Below, piece by piece: positions 34,308 to 43,782 of a stretch of 64,000 nt of DNA. The position numbers and the translations under genes are program-made. Under the pieces are notes generated by a model. It was not told where the DNA came from. It saw only the letters and a program-made list of their open reading frames with translations, and did no database searches. Source of the stretch: Arcobacteraceae bacterium (lineage in GTDB: Bacteria; Campylobacterota; Campylobacteria; Campylobacterales; Arcobacteraceae); the NCBI GenBank assembly GCA_963662945.1, contig OY759974.1, forward strand, positions 1,408,001 to 1,472,000. Reading direction: 5' to 3'. The first letter of the stretch is position 1. The number at the start of each line of letters is the position of its first letter.

Positions 34308-35162
34308 TCAAATACTATCAATTATAATTAATATAAAAAATACAATCCCTAAATAACCATTTATAGTAAAGAAAGCTTTATCAATTTTTGTAAAATCTTT
34401 ATGCACTATAATGTGTTCCGTTGTTAACATAGCAACACTAACAAGAATTGCAAAATAACCAAATAGTCCAAGATTAGCTTCAACAACAAATAACAACCAA
34501 AAAACTACAGTAAGAAGATGCATTATTTTAGAAAATAACATTGTATTTTTTGCACCAAATTTTGATGGAATAGAATGTAATCCTAATTCTTTATCTACTT
34601 CAATATCTTGTAAAGAGTAAAGTAAATCAAATCCAGCTACCCAAAATAATACACCAATAGAAAGATAAATAGACCATAATGGTATAGTCTCACTTACTGC
34701 AACAACACCAGCTATAGGTGCAAGACCTAAAGAAATACCAAGAATGATATGTGCCAAAAATGAGAATCTTTTAAAATATGAGTAGCTTCCAATAATAAGT
34801 AAAATAGGTACTGATAAATAGAGTGCTAAATCATTTACAAAAAATGCAACTATTATAAAACCTAAAGCATTTAAAAGTGTAAAAATAAGTATTTGACTTG
34901 GTGCGATTCTTCCATCAACACTTGGTCTGTTTAGAGTTCTTGGATTTAATGCATCAATATCTCTATCTAAATATCTGTTAAAACCCATTGCAAAATTTCT
35001 AGCTGTAAGTGCTGCTAGTACACCTAATACTAACAGTTTCCATCCAAACCAACCCTCAGCAGCAACAATCATCGCTATAAATATAAAAGGCAATGAAAAA
35101 ATAGAATGTTGAAACATTACTAATTCATTGAAGTCTTTAATTTTTTTAAGTATTTTTTCCAT
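34308..35162 (-). CDS. mqnP: UbiA-family menaquinone (futalosine pathway) prenyltransferase
   Basis: FQHSIFSLPF, AMGFNRYLDRDIDALNPRT, GFDLLYSLQDIEVD, AFFTING. Confidence 0.88.
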   Translation of the reverse strand: MEKILKKIKDFNELVMFQHSIFSLPFIFIAMIVAAEGWFGWKLLVLGVLAALTARNFAMGFNRYLDRDIDALNPRTLNRPSVDGRIAPSQILIFTLLNALGFIIVAFFVNDLALYLSVPILLIIGSYSYFKRFSFLAHIILGISLGLAPIAGVVAVSETIPLWSIYLSIGVLFWVAGFDLLYSLQDIEVDKELGLHSIPSKFGAKNTMLFSKIMHLLTVVFWLLFVVEANLGLFGYFAILVSVAMLTTEHIIVHKDFTKIDKAFFTINGYLGIVFFILIIIDSI

Positions 35163-35210
35163 AAGGGGGATTTTACTATAATGTTAATTATAGTTACCAA
35201 AAGGACGAAC

Positions 35211-36104
35211 TTGTATAAAGAAGTAGCCATCATAGCACCAACAGCATCAGGGAAAACTGCACTATCAATTCAATTAGCACATAAGACTAATTCGATTATT
35301 CTTTCACTTGATAGTTTATCTGTATATAAAGAGATAGATATAGCTTCTGCAAAACCAACGAAAGAAGAACGAGATGGTATAGTACACTTTGGTATTGACA
35401 AAGTATATCCCAATGAAAAATTTGATGTGGTGGAATTCATAGAGGAATATCAACAAGCAAAAAAGTATGCACAAAATGAGGGCAAAAATCTTATCATCGT
35501 TGGTGGTACAAGTTTTTATTTAAAGTCATTATGTGAAGGACTTTCAAAAGTTCCTACAATTTCAGAACAAACAAAAGAGATAGTCAAAGAAGAACTTAAT
35601 AATATAACTAAAAGTTATGAGTATTTAGTAAGTATTGATAAGAATTATATGAGTAAAATTGATAGAAATGATAAGTATAGAATAGAAAAAGCTCTAGAAA
35701 TTTATCATGAAACGAAATTAACTCCTAGTGATTTTTTTGAACAAAATAAACCAGAACCAATCATAAAAGATTTACAAATTTTTCAAATAGAAACTGAAGT
35801 TGAACTTTTAAGAAAAAGAATTTCTCAAAGAACGAAACAAATGATAGAAAATGGAATTATTGATGAGGTAATTTATTTAGAAAAAAAATATACTAGAAGT
35901 CCAAATTGTATGAAATCTATTGGAATTCTAGAAGTATTAGATTATCTTGATGGAAAGATTGATAAAGCAAAACTTGAAGAGGTTATTTCAATACATACAG
36001 CACAACTTGCAAAACGCCAAAGAACTTTTAATAAATCACAATTTCATAATATTACAAAAGAAAATCTAGAAAATTTAGAACAACATATCCTCAACATATT
36101 TTAG
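35211..36104 (+). CDS. miaA: tRNA dimethylallyltransferase
   Basis: PTASGKT P-loop, DSLSVYK, VGGTSFY, QLAKRQRTF; TTG at 35211 with AAGGA RBS preferred over ATG 35181. Confidence 0.95.
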   Translation: MYKEVAIIAPTASGKTALSIQLAHKTNSIILSLDSLSVYKEIDIASAKPTKEERDGIVHFGIDKVYPNEKFDVVEFIEEYQQAKKYAQNEGKNLIIVGGTSFYLKSLCEGLSKVPTISEQTKEIVKEELNNITKSYEYLVSIDKNYMSKIDRNDKYRIEKALEIYHETKLTPSDFFEQNKPEPIIKDLQIFQIETEVELLRKRISQRTKQMIENGIIDEVIYLEKKYTRSPNCMKSIGILEVLDYLDGKIDKAKLEEVISIHTAQLAKRQRTFNKSQFHNITKENLENLEQHILNIF

Positions 36105-36269
36105 TTAATAATCTTTATAAATTAAATTGTTCCTTTTTGTTACAGTGGCATAGCTATTTTAATGTATAGATAAAGAGATTGTAAGTTTATATTTAATTAT
36201 AATTGGATATTATTTGTTCAATTACTGTCGGCAAATTATATACAAAGCTATGACACACAAGGGGAAAAA

Positions 36270-36659
36270 ATGGAACATATGGATTTTGCACATCCTTATT
36301 TCGGTGCATTTATAATGTTTGTATTAACATTTGGTGCATTTTTAGCGACAACAATGTTGTCACGATTTGTAGGTGGAAAACTTGCAAGAAAAGATACTGA
36401 AAAATTAAAATGTACACTGTATGAGTGTGGACCTGAGGTTACAAAACAGCCAAATACTATCTCTGTACAATTTTATTTAATGGCGTTATTGTTTATACTT
36501 TTTGATGTGGAGATAATCTTTATGTTTCCATGGGCTGTAGATTTTAAAGTATTAGGTTGGTTTGGATTTATTGAGATGATTCTTTTTATTGTTTTATTAA
36601 CAATTGGATTTATCTACGCATGGAAAAAAGGAGCGCTTGAATGGCACAGCATAAAGTAA
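36270..36659 (+). CDS. nuoA: Complex I subunit A
   Basis: YECG, FDVEIIF, KKGALEW. Confidence 0.97.
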   Translation: MEHMDFAHPYFGAFIMFVLTFGAFLATTMLSRFVGGKLARKDTEKLKCTLYECGPEVTKQPNTISVQFYLMALLFILFDVEIIFMFPWAVDFKVLGWFGFIEMILFIVLLTIGFIYAWKKGALEWHSIK

Positions 36660-37150
36660 ATTATTTAAAAGATGGTGGAGCACCAATTAAATTAACTACA
36701 GTAGATAAAATAGTTAATTTTGGACGAAGTAATTCACTTTGGCCTATGACTTATGGTCTTGCATGTTGTGCTATTGAGATGATGGCATCTGGTGGTTCAA
36801 GATTTGACTTCGATAGATTTGGTACTATATTTAGAGCAAGTCCAAGACAATCAGATGTTATTGTTGTTGCTGGAACATTGACTAAAAAACACGCTGAGTT
36901 TATGAGAAGATTGTATGACCAAATGCCAGATCCAAAATGGGTTATCTCTATGGGTTCGTGTGCAAATACGGGTGGTATGTTTAATACTTATGCAACAGTA
37001 CAAGGTGTTGATAGAGTTATTCCTGTTGATATTTATTTACCAGGTTGTGCCCCAAGACCTGAAACTTTACAGTTTGCATTAATGATGTTACAACAAAAAA
37101 TAAGAAGAGAGCCTGCAGGTATGGCTCAAAGAGCAAAAAGGTTAATATAA
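36641..37150 (+). CDS. nuoB: Complex I subunit B
   Basis: [28 protein letters not shown]. Confidence 0.97.
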   Translation: MAQHKVNYLKDGGAPIKLTTVDKIVNFGRSNSLWPMTYGLACCAIEMMASGGSRFDFDRFGTIFRASPRQSDVIVVAGTLTKKHAEFMRRLYDQMPDPKWVISMGSCANTGGMFNTYATVQGVDRVIPVDIYLPGCAPRPETLQFALMMLQQKIRREPAGMAQRAKRLI

Positions 37151-37151
37151 T

Positions 37152-37973
37152 ATGAGAACATATACACCAAAAGATGATGTACAGAGAAAATCTTATTATA
37201 ATGATAGATTTTATATCACACCTACATTAAAAAAAGAATCAGTTTATAGTGATGGAGTTTTTAGTTCAGATATCTCTAGTTTAAAAAATGTTGTAGAAGT
37301 ATTAGATTGTTATATTCAAGCTGATCATTTAGTGATTATTATTAATCCAGAAGATAATAAAAAAGCTATTACTCATTTAAAAGAGATTCGAGCTTATGAC
37401 TTTATGATGGAGTTAACTGCTGTTGATTATATAGCCGACAGAGGTGGTTTTGAAGTGGTTTATGAGATGTTATCAACTTCAAAACACAAAAGAATTAGAG
37501 TAAAAGCTTTTATAAAACAAGGTGATGCTATCGAGTCAGTTGAGTCTATTTTTAGAATGGCAAACTGGAGTGAACGAGAGATGTATGATATGTATGGTAT
37601 CTATGTAAATAATCACTCTTTATTAAAAAGAATTCTTATGCCTGATGATTGGGTTGGACATCCATTATTAAAAACATATCCATTACAAGGTGATGAAGCA
37701 GCTAGCTGGTATGAAGTAGATAAAATATTTGGTAAACAAGCTAGAGATATTGTTGGACCAGAATTAAGAGATGCTGCTTGTGTTGATAGATATGATACAC
37801 AAAGATTTGCTAGACTTGGACATGAAGTTCCAAAAGGTGTAGAGATAAGTGAAGGTAATGAACCAGATACACCAATTAGATATCAAGAAGAGGGTGGAGT
37901 TAAACTATTTGGGTTAACAGTTGTAACACCATTTGATAAAAAAGAAAAAATACAATTGAAAGAGAGAAAGTAG
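37152..37973 (+). CDS. nuoC: Complex I subunit C
   Basis: ANWSEREMYDMYG, RILMPDDWVGHPLLK. Confidence 0.95.
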   Translation: MRTYTPKDDVQRKSYYNDRFYITPTLKKESVYSDGVFSSDISSLKNVVEVLDCYIQADHLVIIINPEDNKKAITHLKEIRAYDFMMELTAVDYIADRGGFEVVYEMLSTSKHKRIRVKAFIKQGDAIESVESIFRMANWSEREMYDMYGIYVNNHSLLKRILMPDDWVGHPLLKTYPLQGDEAASWYEVDKIFGKQARDIVGPELRDAACVDRYDTQRFARLGHEVPKGVEISEGNEPDTPIRYQEEGGVKLFGLTVVTPFDKKEKIQLKERK

Positions 37974-39200
37974 ATGCAAGTTTCAAACAGATTAAAACCT
38001 TTCTTTGAAAATATAACTTTCGAAAGAGAAGATAATACAATGGTTGTGAACTTTGGTCCACAACATCCTTCTGCACACGGTCAACTTAGACTTATGTTAG
38101 AACTTCAAGGGGAAGAAGTAGTTAAAGCACATCCAGATGTTGGATACCTACACAGAGGTATTGAAAAAATGGCTGAAAATATGATTTATAATGAATTTTT
38201 ACCTACAACAGATAGAATGGACTATATCGCTTCAACTTCAAATAACTATGGATATGCTTTAGCGATTGAAAAATTAATAGGTGTAGAAGTACCAAGACGT
38301 GCTGAAGTCATTCGAACTATGTTGTTAGAGTTAAATAGAATTATTTCACATCTATTCTGGCTTGCAACACATGCACTAGATGTTGGTGCTATGTCAATTT
38401 TCCTTTATGCATTTAGAGAAAGAGAATTTGCAATGGATTTAATGGAAGATTACTGTGGGGCAAGACTTACACACAGCGCAGTAAGAATTGGTGGAGTTCC
38501 ATTAGATTTACCTAAAGGTTGGATTGCAAGTTTAGAAAAATATATGGAAATTTTAAGTTCACAAATTCCTATTTATGAAGGATTGTTAACAGAAAACAGA
38601 ATCTGGAAAATGAGACTTGAAAATGTAGGAATTATCCCAGTTGAGATGGCAAAATCTTGGGGAGTAACAGGTATTGCATTAAGAGGAAGTGGTGTTAAAT
38701 GGGATTTACGAAAAGAGATGCCTTATGGTTTATATCCTGAGTTAGATTTTGATATACCAATTTCAGATAAATGTGACTCTTATGGAAGATATAAGTGTTA
38801 TATGGCTGAGATGTATGAATCTATGAAAATATTAAAACAACTTATTCCAATGTATGAAGAATCTGATTCTCAACTTATGGCACATGCTCCACAATATATC
38901 TCATCTTCAAAAGAAGAGATGATGACTCAAAACTATTCATTGATGCAACATTTCGTTCTTGTAACTCAAGGTATGAGACCACCTGTTGGAGAAGTTTATG
39001 TGGCTACTGAATCACCAAAGGGTGAATTAGGTTTCTATGTTGTATCTGATGGAAGTCCTTATCCATATAAATTAAAATGTAGAGCGCCAAGTTTCTGGCA
39101 TACAGGTATTTTACAAGATCTTCTTCCTGGGCACCAATTAGCCGATGTTGTTACAATTATTGGTAACTTAAATATTGTATTTGGGGAGATTGATAGATAA
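37974..39200 (+). CDS. nuoD: Complex I subunit D
   Basis: [35 protein letters not shown]. Confidence 0.97.
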   Translation: MQVSNRLKPFFENITFEREDNTMVVNFGPQHPSAHGQLRLMLELQGEEVVKAHPDVGYLHRGIEKMAENMIYNEFLPTTDRMDYIASTSNNYGYALAIEKLIGVEVPRRAEVIRTMLLELNRIISHLFWLATHALDVGAMSIFLYAFREREFAMDLMEDYCGARLTHSAVRIGGVPLDLPKGWIASLEKYMEILSSQIPIYEGLLTENRIWKMRLENVGIIPVEMAKSWGVTGIALRGSGVKWDLRKEMPYGLYPELDFDIPISDKCDSYGRYKCYMAEMYESMKILKQLIPMYEESDSQLMAHAPQYISSSKEEMMTQNYSLMQHFVLVTQGMRPPVGEVYVATESPKGELGFYVVSDGSPYPYKLKCRAPSFWHTGILQDLLPGHQLADVVTIIGNLNIVFGEIDR

Positions 39201-39463
39201 TGAAACGGTATGATTTAAGAAACCACAAAGAAAACTTTATCCCTAGAATGGTAGAGTTAATGAACAATGAAATAGCTGATGGAGAAAATGGTATATTTTT
39301 ATTTGAAATAGGAGATTTTTCTTCTGTTCAAGCTTCAGCTGATTGTGTTAAAGAAAATAACTGGACACTTATGAATTCGTTAAAATTCAATGAAGTAGAT
39401 TGGACAGTTGTAATAAAAAAAGAAAAACCACCAGTTGTAGAAACTGAAGAGGGTGAAGAGTAG
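39200..39463 (+). CDS. Small NuoE-position subunit (Campylobacterota NuoX/Cj1575c-like, no 2Fe-2S Cys motif)
   Basis: MKRYDLR...FLFEIGDF...LMNSLKFN resembles the short Campylobacterota protein encoded after nuoD; only one Cys. Confidence 0.75.
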   Translation: MKRYDLRNHKENFIPRMVELMNNEIADGENGIFLFEIGDFSSVQASADCVKENNWTLMNSLKFNEVDWTVVIKKEKPPVVETEEGEE

Positions 39464-39490
39464 CAATCTACTCTTTAAAGGATTGAAATT

Positions 39491-41503
39491 TTGAGTAAAG
39501 TATATTTTTCTAATTGGCAAGGATTAGTTGTAGATAATCGAGGAGTTCCGCAAGATGAGTGGGCTGAAGTATCTACAAAGTTACCTGTTAATTATGATGG
39601 GAACTCTGAGACTAAAGCTTTTGTTGGATGGGATGGTTTTGCAATATTTCAAAGTGATGTAGATGTTGTAAAACTTGCATTAAATTATGCAAGACAATAC
39701 CAAGAATATAGTGAAGCATGTGGTCGATGTACTCCAGGAAGATGGGGCGGACAAATTCTTTACGATATGATTGATAAAATAGCTCGTGGTGAAGGTGAAT
39801 TTAGTGATTTAGAACATATTAAAGAGATAAGTTCAACTATGACTACAACTTCAAAATGTGAAATAGGGAAAACAGTTCCTGTACCAATTTTAGGTATGAT
39901 AGAATATTTTGAAGAGCAATTTGTTCAGTTAATTAAAGAGAAGAAAAAATCACCTTGGTATGAACAAAATACTGAGAGATATATTGCAAATGTAACTGCA
40001 CCTTGTACTGATATGTGTCCTAGTCATGTTGATATCCCAGGATATATTGAGGGTGTAAGAGAATTGGATTTTGAAAATTCTTTAAAAGCGACAAGACAGA
40101 CAATGCCTTTAGCACATACGTGTGGAAGAGTTTGTCCACATCCTTGTGAAGATGCTTGTAGACGAGGAAATTTAGATGAACCAATTTCTATTATGGAATT
40201 AAAAAGAATTGGTGCAGATTACGAAACAGATCATAACCAAGATTGGTTTCATCCAATTAAACCTAAAAAACCAAGAAATGATGGCAAAAAAGTTGCTATT
40301 ATTGGAGCTGGACCTGCTGGGTTAACAGCTGCATATTATCTTGGACTAGAAGGAATTGCAGTAACTATTTTTGAAGAATTGCCAGTTCTTGGTGGAGAGG
40401 TTGCGGTTGGAGTTCCTGAATATAGAATGCCAATTGATAAATATAATAAAGATATTCAACTTGTTGCAGATTTACCAACAGTAGAGATTATAACAAACCA
40501 TAGAGTAACAGCAGATAGACTTAAAGAGATTGATTCTGAATATGATGCAACTATGTTAGGTTTTGGTGCGAGACTTTCAAAAGCTATAAGATGTGAAAAT
40601 GAACGAGAAGATATGGATGGATATTGGGGTGCAATATCTATGCTTGATAAGGTTAATTTATGGCATAAATATGGTATTGGAAGTCCAGCAAGTAATGAAT
40701 TAAAAGATAAAACTGTAGTTTGTGTTGGTGGTGGATTTACCTCTATGGACGTTGTAAGATGTAGTATTCGAGAGGGTGCTAAAAAAGTTATTATGCTCTA
40801 TAGACGAGATGAAAAAACAATTATTCGAAATACAACACTTGAAGAATACACTGAAGCAGTCGAAGAAGGTGTAGAGTTTATTTTTCATAGTGCAATTGAA
40901 AAATTAATTGAAAAAGATAATAAACTTACAGGAATGGTTGTAAATCAATATGAATTAGTACCAGCATCTGATGGAGGAAGACCTGAGTTAGTAAAAATAG
41001 AAGGTGCTGATATGGAAATAGAGTGTGACTTTGTTATACCTGCAGTTTCTCAAGCTTGTGATCTTCAAATTTTACCAAAAGAGTGGGAGTTAGAGATGAC
41101 TTCTTGGGGCACATTACAAACAAATGGAAAAGATTTTATGACAAGTAGACCAGGTCTTTTTGCAGCAGGAGATTGTGAATATGGTCCAATGACTATAGTA
41201 AATGCAGTTGGACAGGCAAAAAGAGCAGCTTCTGTAATTAGTCGATATATTTATGATGGAAAAGTATCACTTTTAGACGAAGAGATAATGGAAGATCATA
41301 TGAATAAACTCAAAGTTTATAATAAAAATGAAAAAATTACTGGTTGGATGCCAGGTATTCCTCGAGAAGTGAGTGAAAAATTAGAAACAGAAGTAAGAAA
41401 AAACAATAATAAAGAAGTAAATTTAGGATTTACCGCACAAGAAGCACAAGCTGAAGCAGAGCGATGTATGCGATGTTATTATTTAGGGATGGTGTCAGTA
41501 TGA
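39491..41503 (+). CDS. GltD/SfrB-like FAD- and Fe-S-containing NAD(P)H oxidoreductase within the nuo operon
   Basis: NuoF-C-like EACGRCTPG...KCEIG; GltD-like CTDMCP and CGRVCPHPCEDAC; GAGPAG FAD motif; GGGFTSMD...YRR; AAGD; C-terminal RCMRC. Confidence 0.9.
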   Translation: MSKVYFSNWQGLVVDNRGVPQDEWAEVSTKLPVNYDGNSETKAFVGWDGFAIFQSDVDVVKLALNYARQYQEYSEACGRCTPGRWGGQILYDMIDKIARGEGEFSDLEHIKEISSTMTTTSKCEIGKTVPVPILGMIEYFEEQFVQLIKEKKKSPWYEQNTERYIANVTAPCTDMCPSHVDIPGYIEGVRELDFENSLKATRQTMPLAHTCGRVCPHPCEDACRRGNLDEPISIMELKRIGADYETDHNQDWFHPIKPKKPRNDGKKVAIIGAGPAGLTAAYYLGLEGIAVTIFEELPVLGGEVAVGVPEYRMPIDKYNKDIQLVADLPTVEIITNHRVTADRLKEIDSEYDATMLGFGARLSKAIRCENEREDMDGYWGAISMLDKVNLWHKYGIGSPASNELKDKTVVCVGGGFTSMDVVRCSIREGAKKVIMLYRRDEKTIIRNTTLEEYTEAVEEGVEFIFHSAIEKLIEKDNKLTGMVVNQYELVPASDGGRPELVKIEGADMEIECDFVIPAVSQACDLQILPKEWELEMTSWGTLQTNGKDFMTSRPGLFAAGDCEYGPMTIVNAVGQAKRAASVISRYIYDGKVSLLDEEIMEDHMNKLKVYNKNEKITGWMPGIPREVSEKLETEVRKNNNKEVNLGFTAQEAQAEAERCMRCYYLGMVSV

Positions 41504-43782
41504 GCGAAAGAATACAACATAGAGGAAAGCTGATAACTATAACTATTGATGGTAAAAGTTGTGAAGGTATTTTTGGTCAAACAATACTTGAAATTGCAAG
41601 AGCAAATGATATCTATATCCCAACTATGTGTTATCTGACAAAAGTTTCCCCAATAACTGCATGTAGAATGTGTGTAGTTGATGTGGAAGGTTTGGATAAG
41701 CCTGTTTTATCGTGTCAAGAAAAAGCAGTAGATGGTACAGTGGTTACTACAAATAATGAAGAGCTTTTTAGACATAGACAAAATATTATGAAAATGTATG
41801 ATGTAAATCATCCATTACAATGTGGAGTTTGTGATAAAAGTGGAGAGTGTGATTTACAAAATAAAACATTAGAATTTAGTGTAGATTCACAAGAGTTTGC
41901 AGTAAAAGAACCAGCACGTAAGAAAAAGAAATGGGGTATTTTAGGTTATGATCCAAGCCTTTGTATTATGTGTGAGAAATGTGTACATACTTGTAATGAA
42001 GTTATAGGAAGTGCTGCACTTTATGTAAAACCAGGTGGTTATAAATCAATAATTGATATGAAGTTTTCAAGATGTGAACAGTGTGGAGATTGTATCTCTG
42101 TGTGTCCAGTTGGTGCTTTAGTATCAAATGAATTTAAATATACAGCAAATGCTTGGGAATCAAAAAAAATACCAGCAACTTGTGCTCATTGTAGCAGCGG
42201 GTGTGCTTTATATTACAATGTTAAAAATTCAGAAATATCAGACCCTTATAATAAAAAAATCACAAGAGTAACAAACGACTTTGACTTTAACTATTTATGT
42301 GGAGCTGGAAGATTTGGTTTTGAGTTTGAAAATAAAGGAAGTGGCAAAAATCCTCAAGAATTACAAAAAGCTATTGAAACTATTAAAAATAGTGAAGCAA
42401 TAATATTTAATTCTTATATTACAAATGAAGAAGCAAAAATACTTCAAGCATTAAAAGAAAATATAGGTATAAAACTTATTAATGAAGATGCTTATAATTA
42501 TAAAAACTTTTTAGAAAATTATAAAAAAGCAAGTGGTAATTCACTTTATACAGCAGATTCAAAAGATATAGAAGCTAGTGATGCAGTTATAATGATAGGA
42601 ACAAGAGTTAGCAGAGACAATCCTGGAATTAAGTATGCTACAAATATTGCAACAAAAAAACAAAGAGCAGAATTTATTTATATGCATCCAATGGATGATA
42701 TAGCACTACAAAATAAATATACACAATTTGTAAAATATGAAGCAGGTAGTGAAGAAGGGGTTATAGCATTACTTGCTTCTTATCTAATAAAAGATGTTCC
42801 AGTTGAACATAAAGAATTTTTTGATGATTTAGATATTGGGTATTTAAGTGGTGAATCAAGTGTAGGTGAAGAAGAGTTAGACAATATTGTAAAAAAACTT
42901 ATAAGAAGAAAAAATAAAACACTTATTATTGGTGAAGACCTCTATGGACACTCAAATGGTTCAAATATTGCAAAGCTAGTTGGACTTATTGATAAATGTA
43001 CAGATTTTAATGTTATGTTAGTTCCATCACAAACAAATACTCTGGGTGTAAGTTTAATATGTGATTTAGATGCAAACATAGATGCAGGTTTTAAAACTGT
43101 AGGTTATAATGAAAATGCTGATTATGTAATAAGTAGTAATGGTGATGGAGACTTCCAAGTTCCAGCACTTAATCAACAAGAAGGTACTTTTGTTGATTTA
43201 AATAAAAAAGTTGTTAATACAAATGTTGCACTTTCATTTGATGGTTATTGTTTAAATGATATTGCAAATGGATTACTTAAAGACAACAAAGTAAACAGTA
43301 TAGACTATACTTCACAACTTCCAGCGAAGAGCGGATTTAAAAATATTTGTTTTGATGAATTAAATAATGGTTATAATAAATATGGTGAAGATTTGAGAGG
43401 ATACTATTTAGTAAATAGTAAATGTGATGAAGAAGGGTGTATTTTAGAGGAAGTTTCAGATATAAATACGTATAATGGGACGGTAATTTATAGATGTGAG
43501 CCACTTCATCAATTTAATAAAAGCACAGCAAAATCTTTACAACTACAATCTAATGATAGTTTAAGAGGAAGTGCATCTTTTGCAACAGCTGCAAAGATAA
43601 AAGATGGAGATACAGTTAATATAGTATATAATAATAGTATAACAACTAAAAAATTTAAGATTGATACAACAATAAAAGGTACGATAGCGCTTTATCCTAC
43701 ATATAGTAGTGGGTTAAGTAGTGACTTAATACCTAGTGGGTATAGATTTAAGCAAGTTCAAATTCAAAAGGTTGAAGAGTAA
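41500..43782 (+). CDS. nuoG: NuoG-like Fe-S protein, copy 1 (SfrA-like; N7 ligands intact)
   Basis: N1b C..C/CRMC, N5 HPLQCGVC...C, N4 CIMCEKC and CEQCGDC..CP, N7 CAHCSSGC...LCGAGR; ATG 41500 overlaps upstream stop (ATGA). Confidence 0.85.
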   Translation: MSERIQHRGKLITITIDGKSCEGIFGQTILEIARANDIYIPTMCYLTKVSPITACRMCVVDVEGLDKPVLSCQEKAVDGTVVTTNNEELFRHRQNIMKMYDVNHPLQCGVCDKSGECDLQNKTLEFSVDSQEFAVKEPARKKKKWGILGYDPSLCIMCEKCVHTCNEVIGSAALYVKPGGYKSIIDMKFSRCEQCGDCISVCPVGALVSNEFKYTANAWESKKIPATCAHCSSGCALYYNVKNSEISDPYNKKITRVTNDFDFNYLCGAGRFGFEFENKGSGKNPQELQKAIETIKNSEAIIFNSYITNEEAKILQALKENIGIKLINEDAYNYKNFLENYKKASGNSLYTADSKDIEASDAVIMIGTRVSRDNPGIKYATNIATKKQRAEFIYMHPMDDIALQNKYTQFVKYEAGSEEGVIALLASYLIKDVPVEHKEFFDDLDIGYLSGESSVGEEELDNIVKKLIRRKNKTLIIGEDLYGHSNGSNIAKLVGLIDKCTDFNVMLVPSQTNTLGVSLICDLDANIDAGFKTVGYNENADYVISSNGDGDFQVPALNQQEGTFVDLNKKVVNTNVALSFDGYCLNDIANGLLKDNKVNSIDYTSQLPAKSGFKNICFDELNNGYNKYGEDLRGYYLVNSKCDEEGCILEEVSDINTYNGTVIYRCEPLHQFNKSTAKSLQLQSNDSLRGSASFATAAKIKDGDTVNIVYNNSITTKKFKIDTTIKGTIALYPTYSSGLSSDLIPSGYRFKQVQIQKVEE

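Noticed and set aside
39491-41503. Glutamate synthase small subunit gltD as the functional call
   Set aside because: No gltB nearby, ~170-aa N-terminal Fe-S extension and coupling to nuoG argue for a different role
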